The notes under the pieces are model-generated. The model searched no databases. It was not told the DNA's origin and worked only from the letters and a program-made list of their open reading frames with translations. This document shows positions 38,321-52,389 of a stretch of DNA of 64,000 nt, one piece after another. Position numbers and translations under genes: made by a program. Origin of the DNA: Chiloscyllium plagiosum (taxonomy: Eukaryota); assembly GCF_004010195.1 (NCBI RefSeq), contig NC_057719.1, positions 66,398,066 to 66,462,065 on the forward strand. The letters run 5' to 3'. How positions within the stretch are numbered: position 1 is the first letter of the stretch; every line of letters starts with the position of its first letter.

Positions 38321-39381
38321 ATTAAAGTTTATTCTCCCATTCACTCCAGAGAGAATGTGAATGTGAAAGCCCACAATTCACAAGGGATAGAAGTGAAATG
38401 TGCAGTAATGCAATGTTGCATTTAGTGTGAATAATGTTTGTGCTTTTGTGTGTAACAAAATAATTCCTGCATGTGAAAACTAAAATGATTTTTCTAGTGA
38501 TAGTGACTAGATACACACACAATGTGCTATAACTGAAGAAATGGGTAAGTGAAGATTCAAGAGTTTATTGCTGTGTAGGAAATATATTCTGCATTACACC
38601 AGGAGAGGGCAGTAGCATTCAATTTTTATTATTTCTATGAACAAAATCTTAGTCTAGGAAAACTATATTTCATTAAGATCCAATAGTAGCAAATAAAGAT
38701 ACTTTAGAAAATTGACGACTGGCTCCTAGGCCAGAGAACATGGTGCATATTGGAAAGGACTAACGATTAGCAAAGTTCTTTGCATAAGATGTCACATAAA
38801 GTGAGCAAGTGCAAACAATTAAAATAATGTATACCATCCAGTTATAAGGGAAGTATGGCTTTCTCCCCTCATTCAGCAAATTCTTAAATTGTTTATTTCC
38901 TGATAAGTAAGTTATTCTTGTGCTTAGACATACTTGAATGATCTGAAGTCATAGGTAGAAGAAAATTAGTTCAGCGTATAATGTGGGTGTCCCCATATGA
39001 AATGGATTATAACACACAAGAGAACATGTTTTTAGCATGATTTAGTCTGGATTTAGATGTGCTGGATTCTATATTGCACAAAGTATTCTCTTCAGAAAAA
39101 TTGTCCTTCCCAAATATTATTCTTTATTTGGAAACAACTATAAGTGAGAGGTACTTTTGTTTTAAATTACTGAACCAGTTATTTGGATCAACAGTTAACA
39201 CCTCTTGCTTTATGAGGACAATATCTATTTCTCAAGCTTCACATTGTGTCTCTTTTAAAGAGAAGACCTTTTTATTAAAGAATGTTTGTTTTTTCAATTA
39301 CTGATATAATTTAATGCAATGTTATATTTTTCACACCATTAAACAACATCAGTTAGACTAATGCTATTCTCATTTTAACAG

Positions 39382-39443
39382 AATACCATGCTGCCATTTT
39401 GCACTTGAAACGAGATCACAAGACAGAAACAGAAAATTTGCAG
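39382..39443 (+). CDS. FMN1: Formin-1 internal exon (62 nt, phase 1 to 0)
   Basis: ttttaacag|AA...CAG|gtaaga; (E)YHAAILHLKRDHKTETENLQ matches recalled FMN1 EYQAAILHLKREHKEEIENLQ; phase continues from 23172. Confidence 0.96.
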
Positions 39444-39904
39444 GTAAGAATCTCTAAGTAGAAGCAGAATCTCTCTCATTACTGACAAGGACTAATCCAT
39501 TTTTAAAAATGTGTTAGGGAGAATCCTTCCACATTTGTGAAGTAATAAATGGAGTAAAATCCAACTTCAGCAGTGGAAAGGGGGAGCCAAATGCTCATTT
39601 GTGGAGTGGCCACCCTTCACACATACCAGTTTAGTTTACCTTACTGTCTTTTCCATTGAAGTCAATAAATAGGAAAAATAGCTGGAAATGAAAGTCGTCT
39701 TGTAAGCCTACTGAAGTTGAACTCTTCCCCCTCAATAATTCAACTTAAATGACTTACTACTGGTATAAAAATAGTTATTTAATAAACTGCTGTGATATTC
39801 TCTTTTTTATCTTTCTAAAAATGAATATCTGATTTCACAGTACATATTTTGGACAAATCCTCAAGCTGAATATTTTAAGATTAATTACTTTACAGTGCCA
39901 TAGT

Positions 39905-40705
39905 AATATGAGTAGAGCTCAGGAATTGGAAGGTTGTAATCACAATGCTGGGATTGTACTACAGACCTCCCAGCTGTCAGCGGTAGATAGGGTAGGAGAT
40001 GTGTAGTCCGATTCTAGAAAGATGCAAAAATGAAAAGGTTGTTGTGATGGATGATTTTAACTTCCCCATATTGACTGGGACTCACTTAGTGCCAGGTTTT
40101 GGATGGGGTACAATTTGTTAAGTGTGAACAGGAGAGTTTTTAGAAATAGTATGTGGATGGTCCAACAGGGCAGTGGTCTACATTGGACCTGGTATTCGGA
40201 AAGGAGTCTGGCCAGGTCATCAAAGTTTCCGTGGGGTAGCCTTTTAGGAATAGTGACCATAATTCCATATGTTTTTGGATACTTATGGATATGGACAAGA
40301 GTAGACCTCAAATGAAGGTGTTAAACTGGGGAAAGGCCAACTATAATCAAATGAGGCAAGAGTTGGAGAATGTGGAATGGGAGTGGCTGTTTGAGGGTAA
40401 ATCTACATCTGACATGTGGGAGTCTTTTAAAGGCCAGTTGATTACAGTGCAGGACAGACATGTTCCTGTGAAAATGAAGGACAGGAAATGTCAGGATTCA
40501 GGAATCTTGGATGAGGGGAAAGTTATCAGCTTAGTCAAAAAAGGAAGCATATCTAAACTCTTGGCAACTAAAGACAGATAATGTCCTTGAGGAATAAAGA
40601 GAAAGTAGGAAGAAGCTTAAACAGGGAGTTAGGAGGGGATAAAAGGAACTATGATATTTCCTTGGCCAAGAGGGTTAGAGAAAATCCCAAAGCATTTTGA
40701 TATAT
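39905..40705 (+). mobile_element. Older CR1 LINE, endonuclease/linker part
   Basis: GLYYRPP, DDFNFPHIDWD, SDHNS, KVLNWGKANY. Confidence 0.85.
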
Positions 40706-40716
40706 TTTGTATATAC

Positions 40717-42210
40717 GCGGCTGGTACAATTGCAACATTTAAGAGGCATTTGGATGGGTATAATGAGTAGGAAGGGTTTGGAGGGATACGGGCTGGGTGC
40801 TGGCAGGTGGGACTAGATTGGGTTGGGATATCTGGTCGGCATGGATGAGTTGGACCGAAGGTTCGGTTTCCGTGCTGTACATTTCTATGATTATATCAAC
40901 ATCAAAAAGGATGAACGCAGTTGACTCTTAATACAAAATGAGGTGTTACATAGTAAACGCCAAAGTTACTTCTTTAAAAAAAAGAAGTGTTAAAAGCAAC
41001 AGTTCTATCAGGTACAGTTATGAAATTATACTAAAGTAGGCCTGCATCAGGTACTGCTACACTTGAAGACAGTAATAGTTCTGATACAGGTGAATAGTTG
41101 TGTGTGGGGCCAGGTTCAACAATACATACTTGGAATGAGCTGCCAGAGGATGTGGTGGCGGCTGGTACAATTGCAACATTTAAGAGGCATTTGGATGGGT
41201 ATAATGAGTAGGAAGGGTTTGGAGGGATACGGGCTGGGTGCTGGCAGGTGGGACTAGATTGGGTTGGGATATCTGGTCGGCATGGATGAGTTGGACCGAA
41301 GGTTCGGTTTCCGTGCTGTACATTTCTATGATTATATCAACATCAAAAAGGATGAACGCAGTTGACTCTTAATACAAAATGAGGTGTTACATAGTAAACG
41401 CCAAAGTTACTTCTTTAAAAAAAAGAAGTGTTAAAAGCAACAGTTCTATCAGGTACAGTTATGAAATTATACTAAAGTAGGCCTGCATCAGGTACTGCTA
41501 CACTTGAAGACAGTAATAGTTCTGATACAGGTGAATAGTTGTGTGTGGGGCCAGGTTCAACAATACATACTTGGAATGAGCTGCCAGAGGATGTGGTGGC
41601 GGCTGGTACAATTGCAACATTTAAGAGGCATTTGGATGGGTATAATGAGTAGGAAGGGTTTGGAGGGATACGGGCTGGGTGCTGGCAGGTGGGACTAGAT
41701 TGGGTTGGGATATCTGGTCGGCATGGATGAGTTGGACCGAAGGTTCGGTTTCCGTGCTGTACATTTCTATGATTATATCAACATCAAAAAGGATGAACGC
41801 AGTTGACTCTTAATACAAAATGAGGTGTTACATAGTAAACGCCAAAGTTACTTCTTTAAAAAAAAGAAGTGTTAAAAGCAACAGTTCTATCAGGTACAGT
41901 TATGAAATTATACTAAAGTAGGCCTGCATCAGGTACTGCTACACTTGAAGACAGTAATAGTTCTGATACAGGTGAACAGTTGTGTGTGGGGCCAGGTTCA
42001 ACAATACATACTTGGAATGAGCTGCCAGAGGATGTGGTGGAAGCTGGTATAATTGCAACATTTAAAAGGCATTTGGATGGGTATATGAATAGGAAGGGTT
42101 TGGAGGGATATGGGCAGGTGCTGGCAGGTGGGACTAGATTGGGTTGGGATATCTGGTCGGCATGGACGTGTTGGACCGAAGGGTCTGTTTCCATGCTGTA
42201 CATCTCTATG
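40717..42210 (+). repeat. Tandem array, 441-bp unit (3 full copies plus a diverged CR1 tail)
   Basis: Units start at 40717, 41158 and 41599, with a diverged partial copy at 42040; identical ORFs at 41063 and 41504. Confidence 0.97.
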
Positions 42211-42224
42211 ACTCTCTGACTCTG

Positions 42225-43580
42225 AGAAGGGAAACATATAAAATGCAAGTAATTACAGACCAGCAAGCCTGACATCCGAGGTGGGAAAGCTGTTGGATAA
42301 GAAATTGAGAGATAGAATTTATTCACATTTGGAAGCAAACAGACTTGTTCAGTAATAGGCAGCATGGGTTTGTGCAGGGAAGGTCATGTCTCAACAACTT
42401 GTTTGAGTTTTTTGATGAGGTGACAAGAATGATTGAGTGAAGGGCAGTTGAAATTTGTTTTACAAGGACTTTTGTAAGGCATTTGAAAAGTTAAGCTGGT
42501 ACAAAAGGCAGAGTCTCCTGGGATCTGGAGTGAGCTGGCTGGATACAAAACTGGCTTGGTCATAGAAGATGGAGTAGCATTGGAAGGGTAGTTTTCAGAA
42601 TGGAGATCAGTAACTAATGTGCTCCGCAGGGATCAGTGCTTTGTTGTTTGTAATGTATGTACATATAAAATTGATTTGGAGGAAAAGGTAGGTGGTCTGA
42701 TTAGTAAGTTTCCGGATGACACCAAAATTGGCGGAGTTGCAGATCGTGAGAAGGATTGTAAAAGGATATAGTGGAATATATATAGATTGCAGACTCGGGC
42801 AGAGAAATGGCAGATGGTGTTTAATGTGGACAAATGCGAGGTGATGCATTTTGGAAGATGAAATTCAGGTGCAAATTATACAATAAATAGCAGAACCTTT
42901 AGGAGCATTAACATACAGAGAGATCTGAGCATGCAGGTCCACGGATCCCTGAAAGTGATGACACAGGTGGATAAGATGGCCAAGAAGACATGCATCACAC
43001 TTGGCTTCATCAACCAGGGTATTGAGTAGAAAAGTTGGCAAGTTATTTTACAGCTGTACAAAAAGTTAGGGTTCGGCCACGTTTGGAATATTGCGTGCAG
43101 TTCTGATTGCCACACTTACCAGAGGATATGGATGCTTTGGAGCAGGTGCCTGGTCTGGAGGATTTTATTTATGAGGAGAGGTTGGACAAACCTGGATTTT
43201 TTTTAACTGGAAAAATGAAGGCTGAAGGATGATCTGGTAGACAGCTACAAAATTATGAGAGGCATAGATAGGTTGGATAGTCACAGGTTTTTTTTTACCC
43301 AGGTTGGAAAGGTCAGCGACAAGAGGACACAGGTTAAAGGTGAGAGGGGAAAGGTTTAGGGGAGAAATGTGGGGAAAATCTTTCTCCCACAGGATGATGG
43401 GTGCACTGCCAGTGGAGGTAGGCATGTTAGCACTGTTTAAAACATATGTCATTAGGTACATGAACAGGGGGTGAAGAGAGGGATAGAAACCACACATGCG
43501 CATCAGTAGCGTGTCTCAATAAGGAATAGAAAATCAACACAGCATAAGTGGGCTGAGGGGTCGGTTTCTATGCTGCATTG
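42225..43580 (+). mobile_element. Older CR1 LINE, RT and 3' part (probable continuation of 39905-40705)
   Basis: NYRPASLTS, QHGFVQGRSCLNNL, SKFPDDTKIGG, WQMVFNVDKCEVMHFG. Confidence 0.85.
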
Positions 43581-45817
43581 CATAGTATCGATACTATTTC
43601 AACTACAAAAGCATTAATTCTAAAAAGTAATATATTATGAAATGGCAAATACTCTCTGAAGAAAGTATGAGTTAATCTTGTGTTTTTGCTACAAATGTGC
43701 ATTTGTAGTTTTGGCATTGTACATTATACAAAGCTGTGTTAATTTATGATTACAAAATATTTCCACTATACTTTTGAAAAATAAAATATTATTGGAACTC
43801 GTTACGAAAGACTTGTGGTTGTACAGTTGCTTCATCAAAATTTGTTTTTCTAAGTATTTAGTCAGTACTTAAATGGCTTATGAAGAAATAACAATACATC
43901 CGTTGCAAAAAATTATAAACATTTGCTCAGTGTATGAAGCAACTAATTCTCTCCTGATGAGAGTGTGTGGAATTCTGCTTGTTAAATTTGTTTGATGTGT
44001 TTTGAAGTAATATTGCTTTGAGTGAAATAAAATACCAAAACAGAATAAATTGTGACACCTGTAAGATAGCTTGAATTTCCCATCCATCTCTTACAGGTTT
44101 TCATACTAGATGGAAAGAAGAGTCTAACATTTTACAATCTGAATGACCAGAAATAGTTAAATAGTTAATTTCAGTCAGTTATTAGGAAGCGTACTGACAT
44201 GCTTGAGAACTACGAACTGATTGAGTCTTCCATCCGTGCATTAGAAGTATGTGTGGGGGATTTATGTCTTGACACTGTCAATTAGAATCATGCAACTGTC
44301 CCTGAACATAATCTTGTCACCACATTAAACTACAATACTGTCAAGATATCAGTTAACTACTTTTTATGTGCATTTTGAAGTCTGCCCCCACATCCATTTG
44401 TGTCTTGCAACCATTTTTCTGTCACCTTAATAATTTAGTAAAAGCATTGTGGAAGATTATTTTTGGGTGTCTGGCTTATATTAGTCTGCACTGAATTTGG
44501 AAGCATGCTATGAGTGATAATTGACTTATTACAATTAGCTTTGTACAAAAATTGGATTTCTGACTAGTGACTGTCCATGAATGGCAGACTTAGTTTACCT
44601 TTGAAAACTCACCTTATTCTAAAAATGCTGGAAAAATGATTAAAAACAAACATAATGCCATATATTCTCTAACAAACTGATCTCTTGGTGACATTGAAGT
44701 CAAACAACTGGTTTAATAACTTGTTTCCACTAATTAGGTAATGGCTCAGTTTTTCTGCAGTCAGAGTAATAGTGAGATTATAAAGTGCTCACTGCTTTTA
44801 TACAGAAAATTGAATAGCATCTTTAGCAACAGGACAATCTCATTTAGATGAGTGAATTAGTAAGGTTAAGCCTAATATTCTCAGCTCCATCTCAAATGTT
44901 GTCAAGAAATTTGGTATTGATATCCATGAAATGTCTGTGTGAGCTTATGGTATTTACTTCTAGGTACTGAGTGAATACATTAGAACATATCAGGACTTAT
45001 CCATTGAAGTAATAAACATGAAATAATATTTGAAGGCACGATAAGTCAGAATTGTAGCCAAACTAATTCTCTGGCTTGTTAATCAATTCCACACCAATTG
45101 GAGAAAATGAAATCAAGACGCATATGTGTAATTCCTTTGTGGATAAAGTTTATTGACTTCCTCAGTCTTATCAAGTGTCTCATTCCTGACCTGATGCTTC
45201 CTATAAATAAATGCCCCAACTAATAGCCACCATCTGTTTCTTTTAAATCTTAAACAAAGGCATTAACAAACTTAATGTGATTAAACCGATTTCAATAGAT
45301 TTCCATCTTTCCATTAAATTGAAAAATTGCTAAACTTTTCAAAACTAAAATCAGTATATTTTTCCTCTTTGTACATTGTAATACCACCAACCATTAACAG
45401 ATCCTATATTTCAGATTATATAATAAAAATATTCACATGTAAACACTATTGCAAAGCCAGTAAACAAAAATGTTATCCATATTCTTGTAACACAATACTT
45501 CATGTTGTCATTTCCATATTCCATGTTCTTGTCATAACACAAGATGTCCCTTTTTGAGGACATCTACTAATTTTTAATGGCAAACAATTCTCTTAGTAAA
45601 ATACTCTGACAATCAGTGCCTTGAGTCAACCCATTTTATTTTAGCAGTCTCTTGACTTTACAACATTAACTTCACATTAGCACGGTCAATTCTCATAACT
45701 ATTGCTCCAGAGGAAATGGTTACCCACCTAACATTTTGAGATAACGTTTTTCTCAGATTGCCCCTCATATTTCCTTCATAAAACTAGATATGGGTACCTT
45801 CATATCTATTGCTTCTA

Positions 45818-46160
45818 CAGAATCCCTACAGTGTAGGAAGAGACCATTTGGCTCAACATGTCCACACCGACCCTCTGAAAAGTAACCCACCCAGACTCCT
45901 ACACTATTACTCTACCGCTACCCCGACTAATGCACCTAATCTTACACATCCCTGGACACTATGGGCATTTTAGCATAGCCAATTCACCTAACCTGCTCAC
46001 TTTTGGATAGTAGGAGGAAACCGGAGCACCTAGAGGAAACCCATGCAAACTGAGAGAATGCACAAACTCCACACAGACAATTGCCCAAGGGCTGGAATCG
46101 AACGCACATTTCTGGCACTACGATGCAGCAGTGCTAGCAACTGAGCCACTGTGCCACCCC
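45818..46160 (-). mobile_element. HE1-type V-SINE
   Basis: ggaggaaaccggagcacc..aaactccacacagac..ggaatcgaac..gagccactgtgccaccc. Confidence 0.85.
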
Positions 46161-46779
46161 GTTAGAGCATATTCTACTCATGCCAGTGTTTCAGAAGCTA
46201 TTGTGCTTTTAACTATCCTTTTTTATTTTCTCCGCTTCCCATAATAGACAACATTTCTTGTTCTTTCCTAACAAGTATATAATGAGCTCTGCCATTTTAG
46301 AACATCAATTGAGGATTGCTAAAAAATATCTTCAAATCTTTTGGATTAGCTAAGGCTGGAAACTTTTGTGCAGTTTCTCTGAATTTAATTTTTAAAATGT
46401 TTTTCTTGTTTTTGGAGTCTCATCAACTGCAGCATGTCTTAACTTGTACTCCATTTCAGTAGGTCAAAACTAGCATCATCCAGTCTAGTCTGTGAGTGCA
46501 GCAAGTATAACTGACCATTAGACTTCTCAACTCATTTATTTCAATCTTGAATGGGTGATCCTGTACATATGAGGACCAGGCCCTATCCACTGGATACAAT
46601 TGACTTGTTCTAAATAAGACTGGATTGAAGATCACTACCAAATTATTCTGCTTCATTTCTATTCTTGTGTATTTAATGATCCCTGAAGTTTCACTAGCGA
46701 TGTTAAACTCCTATTTTACGTTGTTTATCGTGTGCTGTTGATTCCTGTTGAGTCCCTCTCTCACTGCACACCCCAGGTA

Positions 46780-46952
46780 CCTATCACATTTCCAACGCCC
46801 CTCCTCCAAGTCCCTCCTCCCTACCTTTTATCTTCTCCTGCTGAACACTCTCTGCTCATTCCTGAAGAAGGGCCTGTGCCCGAAACGTCGAATCTCCTGT
46901 TCCCTGGATGCTGCCTGACCTGCTGTGCTGTTCCAGCAATAAAGTTTCAACT
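46780..46952 (+). mobile_element. PLE terminus fragment
   Basis: Same family as the reverse complement of 22790-22915. Confidence 0.75.
46858..46893 (+). ncRNA. Minimal type-I hammerhead ribozyme motif
   Basis: attc-CTGAAGA-a-gggc ctgt gccc-GAAAC-GTC-gaat: 4-bp stem I, 4-bp stem II, palindromic ACGT stem III, GUC triplet. Confidence 0.7.
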
Positions 46953-47578
46953 CCTGTACAACATACCCATTAAAAAAATTAGCACTGTTTATCCTTGTGA
47001 TACCAATAAAATCTTGCTAGATCTATTTTTAGTTGAATATACCCCACTTTCAATGAGATGGACTTAACTGAGAAATACTACACTGTTGATGCAATATGTA
47101 ACTATAAACACGCTTATTTAATTTATACAGTTTCCCTTCTAATTCATCAGCTTCTTTTGATGGTTTTAAAAAGACTTCCATTTGACTTTATCCCCTTGTA
47201 AAAATGCAGCCCTTTTGTCAATAGATTTAGTTTCTCAGAAATATATGGCTATAAGAGATAAAATAAATATTCATGCTCACTTTTCCTACTGTAGGGAATT
47301 AACCCTCACCTGTGTAAGACTGGCTATCCCCGATTTGCTACATCGTGTAAATACCAAATACATTTTGTTTAGTATCTTCTCTCACCTTATCTTCTAATTT
47401 GTTGGTAGCCACTATAAGTTATTGATCATAAGAATTTATGCTTCCTGTTATATCCCTGACTTGTTTTATGATCCTTATTCTTGTCAATGTTTGACTTCTA
47501 CTCATTCTGCCAACTTCATCTGAAAGTTATGTCTCACTGGATAGCACACTGGAAATTGAGCCCCACAAATCCTGGAAC

Positions 47579-48414
47579 TGTTACAAAAGTTAAAGATTTT
47601 TCAAAACACACAAAGATCCCAATTTATCTGACTTTCAGATCAGGTTGATTAACAAAAACAGACCAGGTTTCTGTACTGAATGCAAATCACTATTCTGTAA
47701 TTAGACTGTAGCTACAATTAAACAAATATAACTTGTTAACATTAAACGCTACTAATTAAAACTCCAATCGCCCTCTCTCTAGTCTCCTTATATACACATT
47801 ACCTCACATACATACAGGGTAAAATAGATTATGAGCAAAGGTTGGAAAACGAAAAGAGAGTTCATTAGTTTTTGTTCCGAGGTACAGATGGTGAAATGAT
47901 CGTAATGAGTCTTCTGCTGGCCAGTACATTGCTTCAGTCATTTTTCTCCAGATGCTTCCACTGGTTAGTAAGAAGCACAAGGTAGATTTTTAAAATGTCT
48001 CTGGCTTAGAGGTTAGAAGTTGTACTTGTATCAACTTTTGCAGGAAAGATAGACTATTATGTTCCGGTTTAAAGTTAGCTTTGACTGCGGAAAACAGGAG
48101 GACTGCCCCTGAGCTGCGGCAGAACTGAACTTGCTCCAAACTATTCAATTACCTGGGAACTAATCTCACAAATGTTGGCAGGCAGAAGAACTCTGTCATT
48201 AATAATGATAACTAGTCCATAGATCAATAAACTTCTTAGATTGCAAGTCAGATGGCATCTGTACATTCCTCAAATCAATATAGTCTGCAACTCAATCTTC
48301 TATTACTGCTTGTTCAAACACCCACTCTTTCAAACACTGAGATTTAAAATTGTTCTTTCCTATTTCAATCCACAATTTTTGAAACCACAGAAATAAAAAT
48401 ATACGGTCCTTACA
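47579..48414. mobile_element. Possible solo LTR-like element
   Basis: TGttac...ttaCA termini and LTR-like composition, but no matching target-site duplication. Confidence 0.3.
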
Positions 48415-48589
48415 TGCTACGAGATTGGGGTTTCTTTCACCAGTCTGTGACCTTTATGGTAGGACTATGCTCACTTCAGATCTTGCACTTTTTTTTTCCT
48501 AGCCTTCCACATCTTGACCTCATTTCCAGTCTATGGGTCTTAACCTCTGTCACTTATCTTGTACATTTAACCAAAGGTTGTACTTGAAC

Positions 48590-48938
48590 CATAGAAACCC
48601 TACAGTGCGGAAACAGGCCCTTCAGCCCATCGAGTCCTCACAGACCCTCTGAAGAGTAACCCACCAGGCCCTTTGCTCTACCCTAATACTCTACATTTAC
48701 CCCGACTAATGCACCTAACCTACACATCCCTGAACACTATGGGCAATTTTTTATGGCCAATTTACCTAACCTGCACATGTTTGAATTGTAGGAGGAAACC
48801 GGAGCACCTGGAAGAAACCCATGCAGACACTGAGACAATATGCAAACTCAACATAGACAGTTGGCTAAGGCTGGAATTGAACCCAAGTCCTAGCACTGTG
48901 AGTCAGCAGTGCTAACCACTTGCCACCGTGCCACCCCA
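48590..48938 (-). mobile_element. HE1-type V-SINE
   Basis: catagaaaccctacagtg...ggaggaaaccggagcacc...ggaattgaaccc...gccaccgtgccaccc. Confidence 0.85.
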
Positions 48939-49759
48939 CTTGCTAGTGGTTTTCTCTGTTGTCTCTGTACTGTGCCCAGACTGTGGACATTACCCTAAAT
49001 TGTTTCAGATGGAATACCCCAAATCAATAAGCTCCGAGATGAGGAGGGGTGAACTGGTTCCCCTTCTATATTCACCAGGCCTTTAGATTGGTCAAAAAAG
49101 GTTTAATTTAAAAACATATTCCTTCCCTTTTGGATAGCTTTTGTCTGCACTCAAATGAACTTGTTTCCAAAGGAACTAATTTAAGCAGGCTTTTTAGAGC
49201 TAACAAACATTGATTTTTTTAAAAAAAATTACTAAATGGGTTTCCAATCCCCCTTCAACACACATCCACAAAGATTGGCAATAAGAGGTGAGTCTAAAAT
49301 AGTAAGAGTTTTTTTTTAACAAAGTAGAAATCAATCTCTGAATTGTTTGTGAAGACCAGACACTGGAAGATTGTGGTTTTTGCAGTGGAAGTTACCAGTA
49401 TCATTAATGCTCTAGTTGAAAAGTCAGTCTCAAGATTCTTAGTTTTGCCCAGTTGATTGAGATTCTGTTACTCTGATTCTTTTCAACTATTACTGAATTT
49501 CAACTTTTGGGCTGACAGCAATCCCTTTTATTGCTTTTTTTTCTTTTTGTTTGGCTTGCTAGCTAGCTGACTTCAAGTGCTTGAAGTAAGAGAGAGTCAC
49601 TTTCCCTAGTCACAGTGGTAACATATATGGTTATTGGAAGACCTGCTCCAATTCAACCCATTTTGCAATTTATTTGGAATGTATTAGGAAGTTTATGCAA
49701 AACTCCCTGGGAAGGTAGATGGCTGGGGATACCCTGGCATGTAATTGAACTCCCCAGTC

Positions 49760-50075
49760 TTCAAAGTCTGTCCACCATCTACATGGCACAATTTAGGAAT
49801 GTGACACTGTACATCTTACATATGACCTCTACCACCTAGCAGGATGGGAACAGCATTACCTTCAAGTTCCTTCCAAGCCACATAACATTTTAACTTGGAA
49901 CTATGACCATTGTTGGTTCAGAATCTTGGAACTACCTCCACAGCTATACTTCGGATGTTCCTACATGACATGCACTGCAGCAGTTCAAGAAGGCAGCCCA
50001 CTTCTTAGAGCATAAGAAGTTTAGCAATAACCATTGACCTCGTCAGTGCTGCCCACATTCCATGACCAAATACTT
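49760..50075 (+). mobile_element. LINE family B 3' fragment
   Basis: ctgtccaccatctaca..cagttcaagaaggcagc..gcccacattccatga. Confidence 0.55.
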
Positions 50076-50869
50076 TGGGTTTATTCTCCTCTGGAAGTTG
50101 AATGGCATATCCATGGATTTCCTGAACTTCCTCATTAAAAGCTAGGTGAGAAAGCATTAAAGCAGTTGAATGAACACATGCAACATGCCTCACATTAAAA
50201 AGCTCTGAAGGCTGCTTTCTTTATCTGCTAGCTAGTTTACACAGAACAGATAGCATTATGGCTGGCTTAGAGTAGGAGGGTCTGAGTAGTTCTAGTTCTA
50301 GATAATCTGTAAGATGAAGCAACCCTGTCAAGAATCCTAAGAATCTTGTGCTTCATTAGGTCACCTATCATTATTTTAAACATCAGTAAGTACAAGCCCA
50401 ACATATACAACCTCTCCTCATACCTCGGATGAACCTACTGAACCATCTCTGACTTGCTTCCAATACCAGTCTGTCCTGCCTGTGGCATAAAGTCCAGAAC
50501 AGTTCACAGTATTCCGGGTGTGGTCTGAGTAATGCCTTACATTGGACATTAAATGGGGAAATCCATCAGCTGGCCTGTACTGCAAAGTGACATTTATGCA
50601 GATGCATACAAGCTTCCAGTACAGCTATGATGATGCATTTTTCCCCAACAGCAGCTCAAGTTCCTTGAGATGGGGGAGATGATAGCATATGAGTAATGTC
50701 ACTGAGTGGGTAATTTCACTGAATGGGTAATGCAGAGGTTCAGGCGAAAGCTCTGGCTTCAAATGTCATGACAGCAACTGGTGCAATTGAGCTTGAGATT
50801 CTGCCTGGTTTGAAGTTGTCATAGTCTTGTCTCTTGACAGTCATCCCTCAAACCTGCTCGTAGCACTAG

Positions 50870-51530
50870 TGGTGTTGTTTAAAAATTCTTTCACAGACTT
50901 GGCTGTTGCTGGATTTGTTGCCCAGCCTTTAATAAAGGCAGAGTTGTTTGCCAGACCATTTCGAAAACATTTATTCATAGGAAGTGGGCATCTCTGGCTT
51001 GCACCACAACCCTTGTGGGCAGTCAGGAGTCAACCACATTGTTGTGGATGTTGAATCGAATGTTGGCCAGACCAGATAAGGTCAGCAGATCTCTTTGCTT
51101 AAAGGACATTAGGGGACCAGATGGTTTTGTTTTATTACAACAAACTGCAGTGGATACACAGTCACCATTAGGCTGTGTTTTTACATCAGGTAATTTCTTT
51201 TACTGATGAGATTCAAAACCAGGTCCCCAGATTATTAGAATGTAGGATTACTAGTCCAGTGAAATTACCTCTGTTTCACCATCTCCCCAAAAAGCAGTTA
51301 AAATTCAACAATGTTACGGTTGATCTAGAGTTGCATGTCGGTCAGACTAAGTAAGGAAAGCAGATTTCTTAATATTTGTGAACCAGGTGGGTTACAGTCA
51401 GCATTATTGATATTAGTTTTCAATTCCAGATTTTAAAAAAATCTAATTCAGTAATATTTAAATTCAATTGCACCATCTGCTGTGGTGGGGTTTGAACCCA
51501 AAATATTAGCCTGGATCTAATACTCCACAG
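50870..51530 (-). mobile_element. Two decayed tRNA-derived SINE copies (family of 4880-5154)
   Basis: gagtcaaccacattg, aaggacattag..ccagatgg, caccatctgctgtggtggggtttgaaccc. Confidence 0.55.
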
Positions 51531-52389
51531 ACAGTTTCATTGTCAGCGTGACCATGGACCTGGGAACAGTCAGGGTTATTGTAGTTGTTGCTTCAGTGAA
51601 AGGAAGGTGCAGAGAAATGGAGGAGTGAAGATGCATCAGTCATTCCAAGACCAGCAGTCTGCTGAATGACCTTCGCAAGAAGTTGTTCCAGCTGACGGAC
51701 GCCTCAAGATGCACAAGATGGGTAAAGTCTATCATGCTCTGCAGCAATTCTTCCAGATGAGCAAAGCACACTTCTTCCTATATTCTCTTCTGCACCGAGC
51801 TGTGAGTGAGTGTCATGTGTTGGATTCAGTGCTTTTGTCAAAGGTAAACTGGTGGTGAGGTCAGATGGGAAGGGGAGGCATGAAAATTGCATAAGGACGA
51901 GGGTGAGTAGAAGTGGAGATTGATTGATAGATGAGAATGTGAGGCCATTCTGTACAGAGAAGGAGAGAATGGATATGGTTGAACAATATCTGAGTGTTTA
52001 GAATGAGGCGATGAACGGCTTGATACAGCAGAGTGAGGAGATGGACTGACACACACAACAGCAGATTTTTGAGTGTAATCTTTCTACTCTCAATCTGAAA
52101 GGATACCATTGGGCTTCTGCTCCTAACCTAACGTCAGAAGTCGGAATGGGAGAAATCATTTTTAACTTGCTCCACTAGATCAAGACTGACCTCATACCTC
52201 AATGCCATTTCCCAACACTATTCCCACATCTCTTGAGTAATGGTAACTATTAAGCCTATCATGAAGTCTTCTAAAAATCTATCTCATTAACTCATTTCCT
52301 TTAGGAAACAAGTATTCTGTTCTTACCTGTAACTCTAAATGACAGATATGTGCCTGAGTATTAACTTCTCTCAAAAATGTGGTGCAGGT

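Noticed and set aside
40717..42210. CRISPR-like array or repeated 64-aa gene
   Set aside because: Eukaryotic context; the units are identical with no unique spacers and the ORFs are largely off-frame CR1 tail
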